The translations under genes and the position numbers were made by a program. 14,221 nt of DNA, from the UHGV virus genome UHGV-0217885. The stretch is one strand, 5' to 3'. Below the pieces are notes generated by a model, which saw nothing but the letters and a program-made list of their open reading frames with translations, ran no database searches and was not told the origin of the DNA. Positions 7,172 through 14,221 of this stretch are shown here, piece after piece; the first letter of the stretch is position 1, and each line of letters opens with the position of its first letter. The stretch comes from a virus.

Positions 7172-7921
7172 ATGACGAGCCCCGCACAGCGTCACATGAT
7201 GCGGGTCTCGGCCTCTCAAGCCGCGCAGCGGGAGCAAGCCCCGCTGCGCCATGCAACCGCCTATGAGCAGATGCTGGTTAAGCTGGCCGATGACCGCCGC
7301 ACGTTAAAAAACATCCGTTCAAACGAACGTAAAGCCGAGAAAAAGCGCGAGCTGCTGCCGTTCTATGCGCCGTGGGTCGCCGGTGTGCTGGCTGATGGCC
7401 GTGGTGCGCAGGATGACATTGTCATGACCGTCATGCTGTGGCGTCTCGATGCCGGTGATATCGCTGGCGCGCTGGAAATTGCCCCGTACGCGCTGAAATA
7501 CGGCCTCACCTCTGACCACCACCGCACAACACCTTACATGCTGGTTGAGGAAGTGGCGCTTGCTGCACAGCGCCTGCGCGATGCCGGTGAGTCTGTCGAC
7601 CTTTCCTGGCTGCAGACCACTATCGACCTGACCGACGGCGCTGACGTTCCCGATATGGTGCGCGCCCGTCTGCATAAGGTGACAGGCCTGACCCTGCGTG
7701 ATGCCGGTATGAATGCAGAGGCGCTGGCGCAGTTTCAGCGCGCGATGCAGCTCGACCGCAATGCCGGTGTGCGCAAGGAGATTGAGCGACTGGAACGGGC
7801 ATTGAAGCCAAAGCCAGAGGCCGCGCCCCGTAAAACGACTAAACCGCGCACGCGCAAACCTGCCAACAAACCGGCGGCAAAGCGCGGGCGTCCACCAAAG
7901 GCGGTAAAAACCGCCGGTTAA
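7172..7921 (+). CDS. M: Terminase small (endonuclease) subunit (P2 gpM family), 249 aa
   Basis: Position after N, length close to P2 gpM (247 aa), basic Lys/Arg/Pro-rich C-terminal tail. Confidence 0.9.
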   Translation: MTSPAQRHMMRVSASQAAQREQAPLRHATAYEQMLVKLADDRRTLKNIRSNERKAEKKRELLPFYAPWVAGVLADGRGAQDDIVMTVMLWRLDAGDIAGALEIAPYALKYGLTSDHHRTTPYMLVEEVALAAQRLRDAGESVDLSWLQTTIDLTDGADVPDMVRARLHKVTGLTLRDAGMNAEALAQFQRAMQLDRNAGVRKEIERLERALKPKPEAAPRKTTKPRTRKPANKPAAKRGRPPKAVKTAG

Positions 7922-8014
7922 CTGAACGCTCCCCGAGCCGGGCGGCACGCCGGTCAAAGCAGGTTTTGACCCTGACGGCGACCGGCGTCCACCGCCCAAC
8001 CTAATGAGGTTGTC

Positions 8015-8524
8015 ATGACGACAGTAATACTGAATCAGCCCGACGAACCGCAGGACGTACCGGGCGTGGTGATTCCCGCACCGGAGACGGGCGACGCAGT
8101 GATTAAAAACACGTTCTTTTTCCCTGATGTGGATCCGAAGCGGGTGCGCGAACTGATGCGCCTTGAGCAGACGGTTTCCGATGCGCGCCTGCGCAACGCC
8201 ATCAAGACCGGCATGGCGGAAACCAATGCGGAGCTTTACGACTACCGGCTGCGCCAGATTGCCGCAGGGTTTAAGACACTGGCCGACGTGCCTGACGCCG
8301 AGGAAATCGACGGCGAGAATGTGCGCGTTTTCCACTACCTCAGCGCCGTGACGGCGATGGCGACCGCCACCCTGTATGAGCGTTATCGCGGGGTTGAGGC
8401 CACGGGTAAGGGTGACAAAAAAGCCGACAGCGTCGAAACCACCATTGATGACCTGTGGCGGGATATGCGCTGGTCGGTCTCGCGTCTGCAGGACAAGCCG
8501 CGCTGCATCGTGGGTCAGCTCTGA
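8015..8524 (+). CDS. L: Head completion/stabilisation protein (P2 gpL family), 169 aa
   Basis: Same length as P2 gpL (169 aa); position between M and X; stop overlaps the X start (TGATG). Confidence 0.9.
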   Translation: MTTVILNQPDEPQDVPGVVIPAPETGDAVIKNTFFFPDVDPKRVRELMRLEQTVSDARLRNAIKTGMAETNAELYDYRLRQIAAGFKTLADVPDAEEIDGENVRVFHYLSAVTAMATATLYERYRGVEATGKGDKKADSVETTIDDLWRDMRWSVSRLQDKPRCIVGQL

Positions 8525-8727
8525 TGAAAGTCTACGCGATGCAGGGTGACACCCTCGACGCGCTTTGCGCCCGGTATTACGGGCGCACTGAGGGCGTGGT
8601 CGAGACGGTGCTGCAGGCTAATCCCGGTCTGTCTGAGCTGGGCGTCATTCTGCCGCATGGCACGGCGATTGACCTGCCCGACGTGGCATCGTCACCCGTA
8701 ACAGAAACTATCAACCTTTGGGAGTAA
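8524..8727 (+). CDS. X: Small tail protein (P2 gpX family), 67 aa
   Basis: ORF-track entry 8455..8727 is in frame; the internal ATG at 8524 gives a 67-aa product (MKVYAMQGDTLDALCARYYGRTEGVVETVLQANPGL...) matching P2 gpX in length and sequence. Confidence 0.85.
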   Translation: MKVYAMQGDTLDALCARYYGRTEGVVETVLQANPGLSELGVILPHGTAIDLPDVASSPVTETINLWE

Positions 8728-8730
8728 ACC

Positions 8731-9027
8731 ATGACAGAAGGGGAAAAAGGCGTCCTGTCACTGTTTGTGATTGGCGTGATGATTGTTGTCGGAAAAGTGC
8801 TGGCGGGTGGTGAGCCCATTACCCCGCGCCTGTTTATCGGCCGCATGCTGCTCGGCGGTTTTGTTTCAATGGTCGCCGGTGTTGTTCTGGTGCAGTTTCC
8901 AGATATGTCACTGCCTGCCGTTTGTGGGATTGGATCCATGCTCGGCATTGCAGGTTATCAGGTGGTGGAAATCGCCATTCAGCGCCGCTTTAAGTCACAA
9001 CAGGGGGATAGCGATGCCGATCATTAA
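8731..9027 (+). CDS. Y: Holin (P2 gpY family), 98 aa, hydrophobic membrane protein
   Basis: Hydrophobic segments and a charged C-terminus; located immediately upstream of the endolysin, as in P2. Confidence 0.85.
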   Translation: MTEGEKGVLSLFVIGVMIVVGKVLAGGEPITPRLFIGRMLLGGFVSMVAGVVLVQFPDMSLPAVCGIGSMLGIAGYQVVEIAIQRRFKSQQGDSDADH

Positions 9028-9511
9028 TACTCACCAGAATATCGCCGCATTTCTGGACATGCTGGCCTATTCCGAAGGGACGGCGACGCATCCGCTGACG
9101 AAAAATCGTGGTTACGACGTCATTGTCACTGGCCTTGATGGCAAGCCGGAAATTTTCACCGACTACACCGACCACCCTTTCGCACATGGCAGACCAGCGA
9201 AAGTGTTTAATCGACGCGGCGAAAAATCCACGGCATCAGGGCGTTACCAGCAGCTTTATCTCTACTGGCCGCATTATCAGAAACAACTCGCATTGCCTGA
9301 TTTCAGCCCGTTGTCGCAGGACAAACTTGCGATTCAGTTAATCCGCGAACGCGGTGCCATTGAGGATATTAAGGCGGGGCGTATTGAGCGGGCAATTTCA
9401 CGGTGCCGCAATATCTGGGCGTCGTTACCGGGTGCCGGTTACGGCCAACGTGAGCACAGCCTCGACAAACTGGTCACCGTATGGCGCACCGCTGGCGGGG
9501 TAATGGAATGA
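9014..9511 (+). CDS. K: Endolysin (P2 gpK family), 165 aa
   Basis: ORF-track entry 8783..9511 is in frame; the internal ATG at 9014 (MPIINTHQNIAAFLDMLAYSEGT...) gives the P2 gpK length of 165 aa. The lysozyme-like motif region LAYSEGT is present. Start overlaps the end of Y. Confidence 0.9.
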   Translation: MPIINTHQNIAAFLDMLAYSEGTATHPLTKNRGYDVIVTGLDGKPEIFTDYTDHPFAHGRPAKVFNRRGEKSTASGRYQQLYLYWPHYQKQLALPDFSPLSQDKLAIQLIRERGAIEDIKAGRIERAISRCRNIWASLPGAGYGQREHSLDKLVTVWRTAGGVME

Positions 9512-9921
9512 AAATCCTGATTACACTTCTGGTGCTGACTGTGCTCGGGATGTTGTGGTTGCGCCATGAGAACAGCAATTTATCCCGCTCCTTTGAGACA
9601 GCAAACCGCGTCGCGAGCGAACAAAAGACGACGATTGGCATGCTGAAAAATCAGCTCAGTGTTGCCGGTCAGCTTGCCAGACGTAATGAATCTGCACAGG
9701 TGGCACTGCGTGAACAGCTCGCAAAGGCCAGCGAGGAAGCCAGCCGCCGCGAGCAATCAATAACGAGGTTACTTAATGAAAATGAAGCCTTTCGCCGCTG
9801 GTATAACGCTGCTTTACCTGATGTTGTGCGTCGGTTGCACATCCGCACCGCCTGCGCCAGCGCCGGTGATTGTGGTCAACGGATGCCCGAGAGTGAGCCT
9901 TTGCCCGATGCCGGGAAGTGA
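9508..9921 (+). CDS. lysB: Inner-membrane spanin (Rz-like; P2 LysB equivalent), 137 aa
   Basis: In-frame ATG at 9508 overlaps the K stop (ATGGAATGA). N-terminal transmembrane helix ILITLLVLTVLGMLWL followed by a charged, coiled-coil-like periplasmic region. Contains the embedded out-of-frame o-spanin start. Confidence 0.75.
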   Translation: MKILITLLVLTVLGMLWLRHENSNLSRSFETANRVASEQKTTIGMLKNQLSVAGQLARRNESAQVALREQLAKASEEASRREQSITRLLNENEAFRRWYNAALPDVVRRLHIRTACASAGDCGQRMPESEPLPDAGK

Positions 9922-10066
9922 CCCGAAAACCAATGGTGACCTGAGCGCAGATATCCGCCGCCTTGAGGGCGCGCTGATCGCCTGCGCGCTACAGGTCAAA
10001 ACCGTCAAACACTGTCAGGATGAACTCGATGCAGAAGCACAAAAGCCTGCGCAAAGCGCTGATTAA
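9776..10066 (+). CDS. lysC: Outer-membrane lipoprotein spanin (Rz1-like; P2 LysC equivalent), 96 aa
   Basis: Signal peptide with lipobox-like LCVGC, Pro-rich mature region with several Cys. GAGG at 9765..9768 sits 7 nt upstream of the ATG. Starts inside lysB in another frame and ends inside R. Same length as P2 LysC (96 aa). Confidence 0.7.
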   Translation: MKMKPFAAGITLLYLMLCVGCTSAPPAPAPVIVVNGCPRVSLCPMPGSDPKTNGDLSADIRRLEGALIACALQVKTVKHCQDELDAEAQKPAQSAD

Positions 10067-10496
10067 CGCCGTGCCGCAGCTCCGAAACAACCCCGATATG
10101 CTGCGCCTTTTTGCCGACAACGGCCATACCGATTCCAGACTGGCGAGCTCGCTGTCGTTTGAAAAGGTGTACGTGCTTAACGTGGTGGTGACCGACTTCA
10201 CCGGTGACCTTGATTTGATATTCGTGCCGGTGCAGGCGTGGCTGCGTGAACATCAGCCGGACATTATGACCACCGACGACGGGCGGGAAAAAGGATTCAC
10301 CTGGATTATTGATATCAATAACGACGATTCGCTCGATATCAGTATCAGCCTGAGGCTCACCGAGCGCACGCTCGTCAAAGAGGTCGACGGCGCGCTGCAT
10401 GTCAGCTATGCCCCTGAGCCGCCGCTGCCTGAGCCGGTGACGCGCCCGGTCGAGCTGTACGTTAACGGCGAACTGGTGAGTAAGTGGGATGAGTGA
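10029..10496 (+). CDS. R: Tail completion protein (P2 gpR family), 155 aa
   Basis: ORF-track entry starts at 10020. The ATG at 10029 is preferred because AGGA lies 8 nt upstream and it gives the P2 gpR length (155 aa). Motifs NPDMLR, LSFEK, NVVVTDFTGD, HQPDIMTT, PVELYVNGELVSKWDE resemble P2 gpR. Confidence 0.85.
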   Translation: MQKHKSLRKALINAVPQLRNNPDMLRLFADNGHTDSRLASSLSFEKVYVLNVVVTDFTGDLDLIFVPVQAWLREHQPDIMTTDDGREKGFTWIIDINNDDSLDISISLRLTERTLVKEVDGALHVSYAPEPPLPEPVTRPVELYVNGELVSKWDE

Positions 10497-10938
10497 GTTA
10501 ACCGCACTGCAGGAACGCCTTGCCGGTCTGATTGCCAGCCTGTCACCGGCGGCGCGTCGGCAAATGGCGGCTGAGATTGCGAAAAAGCTGCGTACCAGTC
10601 AGCAACAGCGTATCAAGCGCCAGCAGGCACCAGACGGCACCCCGTATGCGGCACGAAAGCGCCAGCCGGTGAGGAGCAAGAAAGGTCGGATTAAACGTGA
10701 AATGTTCGCCAAACTGCGCACCAGTCGCTTTATGAAAGCCAAAGGCAGCGACAGTGCGGCGGTGGTGGAGTTTACCGGCAAGGTGCAGCGCATGGCGCGG
10801 GTGCATCAGTACGGGCTCAAAGACAGACCAAACCGCAACAGCCGGGATGTGCAGTACGAGGCGCGCCCGTTACTCGGTTTCACCCGCGACGATGAGCAGA
10901 TGATTGAAGACGTCATTATCAGGCATCTCGGCAAATAA
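10489..10938 (+). CDS. S: Tail completion protein (P2 gpS family), 149 aa
   Basis: Overlaps the end of R by 8 nt; length matches P2 gpS (about 150 aa). Confidence 0.88.
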   Translation: MSELTALQERLAGLIASLSPAARRQMAAEIAKKLRTSQQQRIKRQQAPDGTPYAARKRQPVRSKKGRIKREMFAKLRTSRFMKAKGSDSAAVVEFTGKVQRMARVHQYGLKDRPNRNSRDVQYEARPLLGFTRDDEQMIEDVIIRHLGK

Positions 10939-11006
10939 ATATTGTGTGAACCACCACCGGAGCCGCGCGAATTGGCGCGACTCCAGACCAGAGGCATCCT
11001 TGCACT

Positions 11007-11642
11007 ATGAATACGTTATCCACGATACAGGAGCTCGCGCGTGCGATTCGCAACCTCATCCGCTCAGGTGTGGTGACTGAGGTTGATACCGTGCAGGGGC
11101 TGTGCCGCGTACAAAGCGGCGGGATCCAGACTACATGGCTGAACTGGCTGACCACCCGCGCCGGTCGTTCGCGGACGTGGTGGGCTCCCTCGGTCGGTGA
11201 GCAGGTTCTGCTGCTGGCAATCGGTGGCGAGCTTGATACCGCTTTCGTGCTGCCGGGTATTTTCTCCGACGATAACCCCGCCCCGTCTGCCTCGGCGGAT
11301 GCGTGGCATGTGGCTTTCCCTGATGGTGCGGTCATTGAGTACGAGCCCGAGACCGGCGCGCTGACGGTCAGCGGTATCAAAACGGCCGACGTGACGGCAT
11401 CGGAGTCCATCACTGCAACCGTACCGCTGGTACTGGTGAAAGCCTCGACCAGTATCACCCTCGACACCCCGGAGGTGATTTGCACCAATAAGCTGACGAC
11501 AGCGACGCTTGAGGTACAAAAAGGCGGCAAGATGAGCGGCAATATCGAACATACCGGCGGGTCACTGTCGTCTAATGGCAAGGTACTCCACACCCATAAA
11601 CACCCGGGGGACAGCGGCGGGCAAACGGGGACACCGTTATGA
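11007..11642 (+). CDS. V: Baseplate central spike protein (P2 gpV family), 211 aa
   Basis: Same length as P2 gpV (211 aa); N-terminus MNTLSTIQELARAIRNLIRSG and C-terminus HTHKHPGDSGGQTGTPL closely match recalled gpV. Confidence 0.95.
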   Translation: MNTLSTIQELARAIRNLIRSGVVTEVDTVQGLCRVQSGGIQTTWLNWLTTRAGRSRTWWAPSVGEQVLLLAIGGELDTAFVLPGIFSDDNPAPSASADAWHVAFPDGAVIEYEPETGALTVSGIKTADVTASESITATVPLVLVKASTSITLDTPEVICTNKLTTATLEVQKGGKMSGNIEHTGGSLSSNGKVLHTHKHPGDSGGQTGTPL

Positions 11643-11986
11643 CGGCGCGCTATCAGGGTATGAACCGAAATACCGGCCTCGGCATCAGCGATACCGAGCA
11701 TATCAGCCAGAGCATGCGCGATATTCTGCTGACGCCGGTCGGTTCGCGGGTAATGCGTCGAGAATATGGCTCGCTTCTGTCGGCGCTGATTGATATGCCG
11801 CAAAACCCGGCGCTCAGGCTGCAAATTATGGTGGCGTGCTATTCGGCTATCCAGAAGTGGGAACCGCGCATCAGGCTTACCGCCATCAGCTTTGAGACCG
11901 GCGACGCTGGCGAAATGTATGTCGATATTACCGGGATGCGTACCGATACCGGTGCGTCAGTTTCAACCACTGTTTCACTGAGTTAA
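11639..11986 (+). CDS. W: Baseplate wedge protein (P2 gpW family), 115 aa
   Basis: ATGA overlap with the V stop; same length as P2 gpW (115 aa). Confidence 0.9.
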   Translation: MTARYQGMNRNTGLGISDTEHISQSMRDILLTPVGSRVMRREYGSLLSALIDMPQNPALRLQIMVACYSAIQKWEPRIRLTAISFETGDAGEMYVDITGMRTDTGASVSTTVSLS

Positions 11987-11992
11987 ATCACT

Positions 11993-12901
11993 ATGGCAAC
12001 CGTTGACCTGAGTCAGTTACCCGTTCCCGATGTAGTTGAGGAACTGGACTATGAAACCATCCTTGCGGAACGCAAAGCGATACTGATTTCGCTCTATCCC
12101 GAAGACCAGCAGGAGGCCATTGCCCGGACGCTCGCACTTGAGTCAGAGCCGATTGTTAAGCTGCTGCAGGAAAACGCCTACCGTGAAATTATCTGGCGTC
12201 AGCGGGTGAACGAAGCCGCGCAGGCGGTAACGCTGGCCTATTCTGCCGGTAACGATCTCGACGTCGTGGCCGGGAACAACAATACCGAGCGCCTGACCAT
12301 CACCCCGGCGGATGACACTACCATCCCGCCGACGCCTGCCGTTATGGAATCAGATACTGACCTGCGACTGCGCACGCAACAAGCGTTTGAGGGCTTGAGT
12401 GTGGCGGGGCCGGTCGGAGCATATGAGTATCATGGTCGCAGTGCCGACGGGCGGGTCGCTGACGTTTCGGTCGCCAGTCCGTCGCCAGCCTGCGTGACGA
12501 TTACTGTGCTATCACGTGAGGGCGACGGCACCGCCAGCCCTGATTTACTGGCGATTGTTGATAAAGCGCTGAATGCCGAAGATGTGCGCCCGGTGGCTGA
12601 CCGGGTGACCGTCCAGTCAGCCGAGATTGTGCCGTACCAGATTGACGCGACGCTCTACGTTTACCCCGGCCCCGAGTCTGAGCCCATCAGGCAGGCATCA
12701 GAACAAAAGCTGCAGAGTTACATCAGCGCGCAGCACCGCCTCGGGCGTGATATCCGTCTGTCGGCCATTTACGCGGCGCTGCATGTTGAGGGGGTGCAGC
12801 GTGTCGAACTGGCATCACCGCAGGCCGACATTGTGCTGAGTAAGTCGCAGGCGTCGAATTGTACTGAGTACCAGATAACTATCGGGGGCTCGGATGAGTG
12901 A
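11993..12901 (+). CDS. J: Baseplate protein (P2 gpJ family), 302 aa
   Basis: Same length as P2 gpJ (302 aa); position after W. Confidence 0.92.
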   Translation: MATVDLSQLPVPDVVEELDYETILAERKAILISLYPEDQQEAIARTLALESEPIVKLLQENAYREIIWRQRVNEAAQAVTLAYSAGNDLDVVAGNNNTERLTITPADDTTIPPTPAVMESDTDLRLRTQQAFEGLSVAGPVGAYEYHGRSADGRVADVSVASPSPACVTITVLSREGDGTASPDLLAIVDKALNAEDVRPVADRVTVQSAEIVPYQIDATLYVYPGPESEPIRQASEQKLQSYISAQHRLGRDIRLSAIYAALHVEGVQRVELASPQADIVLSKSQASNCTEYQITIGGSDE

Positions 12902-13502
12902 CCGGCTATTACCCGTTGGCTCGTCGCCGCTGGAGGTTGCCGCCGCTGCCGCGCTCTCTGAGATTCAGCGTGTGCCGGTACCGCTGCGCACTCTGTGGAA
13001 CTGGCGCACCTGCCCGGTAAAACTGCTGCCGTATCTGGCGTGGGCGCTGTCGGTCGACAGGTGGGATGAGAAATGGCCGGAGGCGACAAAGCGTAGCGTC
13101 TGCGCGTCCTCGTTTTTCGTCCATCAGCACAAAGGCACCATCAGCGCATTGCGTCGGGTGGTTGAGCCGCTCGGCTTTCTGATTGAAGTGCGCGAGTGGT
13201 GGCAGCTCAACGAGGAGCCAGGCACATTCCGCCTCGTTGTCGGCGTGCTCGATAGCGGCATTACTGACGAAATGTATCAGGAGCTTGAGCGCCTGATTGA
13301 AGACGCCAAACCGGCAAGTCGCCACCTGACCGGGCTGGCTATCAGTCTGAGCTCGACCGGCGAACTGTATGTCGGCGCGGGATGCTATCACGGCGACGCG
13401 CTGACTGTTTACCCCTACACCCCCGAGGAGATTGTCGTCGGCGGTGAATATTACCCGGCCTCGGCCATCCATTTGATTGATAACCTGAGAGTGAACGCAT
13501 GA
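12894..13502 (+). CDS. I: Baseplate protein (P2 gpI family), 202 aa
   Basis: Overlaps the end of J by 8 nt. Longer than P2 gpI (176 aa as recalled). Stop overlaps the H start (ATGA at 13499..13502). Confidence 0.88.
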   Translation: MSDRLLPVGSSPLEVAAAAALSEIQRVPVPLRTLWNWRTCPVKLLPYLAWALSVDRWDEKWPEATKRSVCASSFFVHQHKGTISALRRVVEPLGFLIEVREWWQLNEEPGTFRLVVGVLDSGITDEMYQELERLIEDAKPASRHLTGLAISLSSTGELYVGAGCYHGDALTVYPYTPEEIVVGGEYYPASAIHLIDNLRVNA

Positions 13503-14221
13503 CCGCAAAATATTTTGCCATTCTGACCAATCAGGGCGCGGCGCGGCTGGCGAACGCGGCGGCACTCGGTACCAAACTCAACCTGACGCAGATGGCCGTC
13601 GGTGATGCGAATGGTACGTTGCCGACCCCTGACACGGCGCAGACGAAGCTCATTAACCAGAAACGCATCGCGCCGCTGAACCTGCTGACCGTTGACCCGG
13701 CCAATACCAGTCAGATTATCGCGGAACAGATTATTCCCGAGAATGAAGGTGGTTTCTGGATCCGCGAGATTGGTCTCTATGACGATGATGGTATTCTGAT
13801 TGCCGTGGCGAACTGTCCGGAGACCTACAAGCCACAACTGCAGGAGGGAAGCGGTCGCACGCAGACCATTCGCATGATTCTGATTGTGTCGAGCACATCG
13901 GCAATCACCCTGAAAATCGACCCGGCAGTCGTGCTGGCAACGCGCCAGTATGTCGACGGCAAGATTATCGAGGTGAAAGGATATGCTGATGACCTGATGA
14001 AAAAACATGTTGAGGCCGCCAATCCACACAAGCAGTACCCGTTAATCGCTAATGCTCTGAAAGAAATGGTTGACGCGGGACTGGCCGGCGACGTTCTTAA
14101 AAACCTTGGTTTGGGAGAAGCGGCAAAACGGAATGTGGGCAACGGGGAAAACCAAATCCCTGATATGTCTTTCTGGACGGTTACTGGTGGCAATGGAAAT
14201 TTTGTGATTCGTCAACCTGAC
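13499..14221 (+). CDS. H: Tail fibre protein (P2 gpH family), 5' partial: the first 241 codons, continuing past the window end
   Basis: Not in the ORF track because no stop is reached. Manual translation from ATG 13499 (MTAKYFAILTNQGAARLANAAALGTKLNLTQMAVGDANGTLPTPD...GGFWIREIGLYDDDGILIAVAN...) matches the conserved N-terminal domain of P2 gpH. Confidence 0.9.
   Translation, partial: MTAKYFAILTNQGAARLANAAALGTKLNLTQMAVGDANGTLPTPDTAQTKLINQKRIAPLNLLTVDPANTSQIIAEQIIPENEGGFWIREIGLYDDDGILIAVANCPETYKPQLQEGSGRTQTIRMILIVSSTSAITLKIDPAVVLATRQYVDGKIIEVKGYADDLMKKHVEAANPHKQYPLIANALKEMVDAGLAGDVLKNLGLGEAAKRNVGNGENQIPDMSFWTVTGGNGNFVIRQPD

Noticed and set aside
7951-7970. Hairpin GGTCAAA-GCAGGT-TTTGACC between M and L
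   Set aside because: No U-tract and it lies within an operon; insufficient evidence for a terminator or regulatory role.
7319-8335. 338-aa minus-strand ORF antisense to M and L
   Set aside because: It lies entirely antisense to well-supported P2-family genes in GC-rich DNA; the translation is Arg/Gly/His-rich and low-complexity. A typical antisense artefact.
10919-11824. 301-aa minus-strand ORF antisense to V and W
   Set aside because: Antisense to the strongly supported baseplate genes V and W; Ser/Pro/Ala-rich translation typical of a GC-rich shadow ORF.
12909-14029. Minus-strand ORFs of 218 and 192 aa antisense to I and H
   Set aside because: They overlap confidently assigned tail genes on the opposite strand; Arg-rich, low-complexity translations.
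1-14221. Search for CRISPR arrays, tRNA/rRNA genes, transposases or an integrase
   Set aside because: No regularly spaced direct repeats, no tRNA-like cloverleaf candidates, and no transposase- or integrase-like ORFs were seen. The window covers only the cos-proximal arm of the prophage, so integrase and att sites are expected elsewhere.

Overview
This window is the left arm of a P2/186-like (Peduovirus-type) prophage, apparently from an enterobacterial host, with an AT-rich two-gene cargo operon inserted between the cos site and the portal gene. From left to right: a short AT-rich stretch with a small hydrophobic ORF and an intrinsic terminator; a cos-like site at 489..507; the cargo operon (616..2156); then the conserved morphogenesis and lysis genes in canonical P2 order and orientation: Q and P on the minus strand, then O-N-M-L-X, holin Y, endolysin K, overlapped spanins lysB/lysC, R-S, and V-W-J-I with the 5' part of tail-fibre gene H running off the right edge. 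The structural calls rest on gene order, protein lengths and recalled similarity to P2 proteins; no database search was run. The cargo operon is the candidate novel system: a 272-aa soluble protein translationally coupled to a 241-aa protein with two N-terminal transmembrane helices. I could not assign either protein to a known family by eye. Its position at the cos-proximal variable region, where P2-like phages are known to carry anti-phage defence genes, makes it a plausible defence, abortive-infection or superinfection-exclusion module, but that function is inferred. No tRNA, rRNA, CRISPR array, transposase or integrase was seen.
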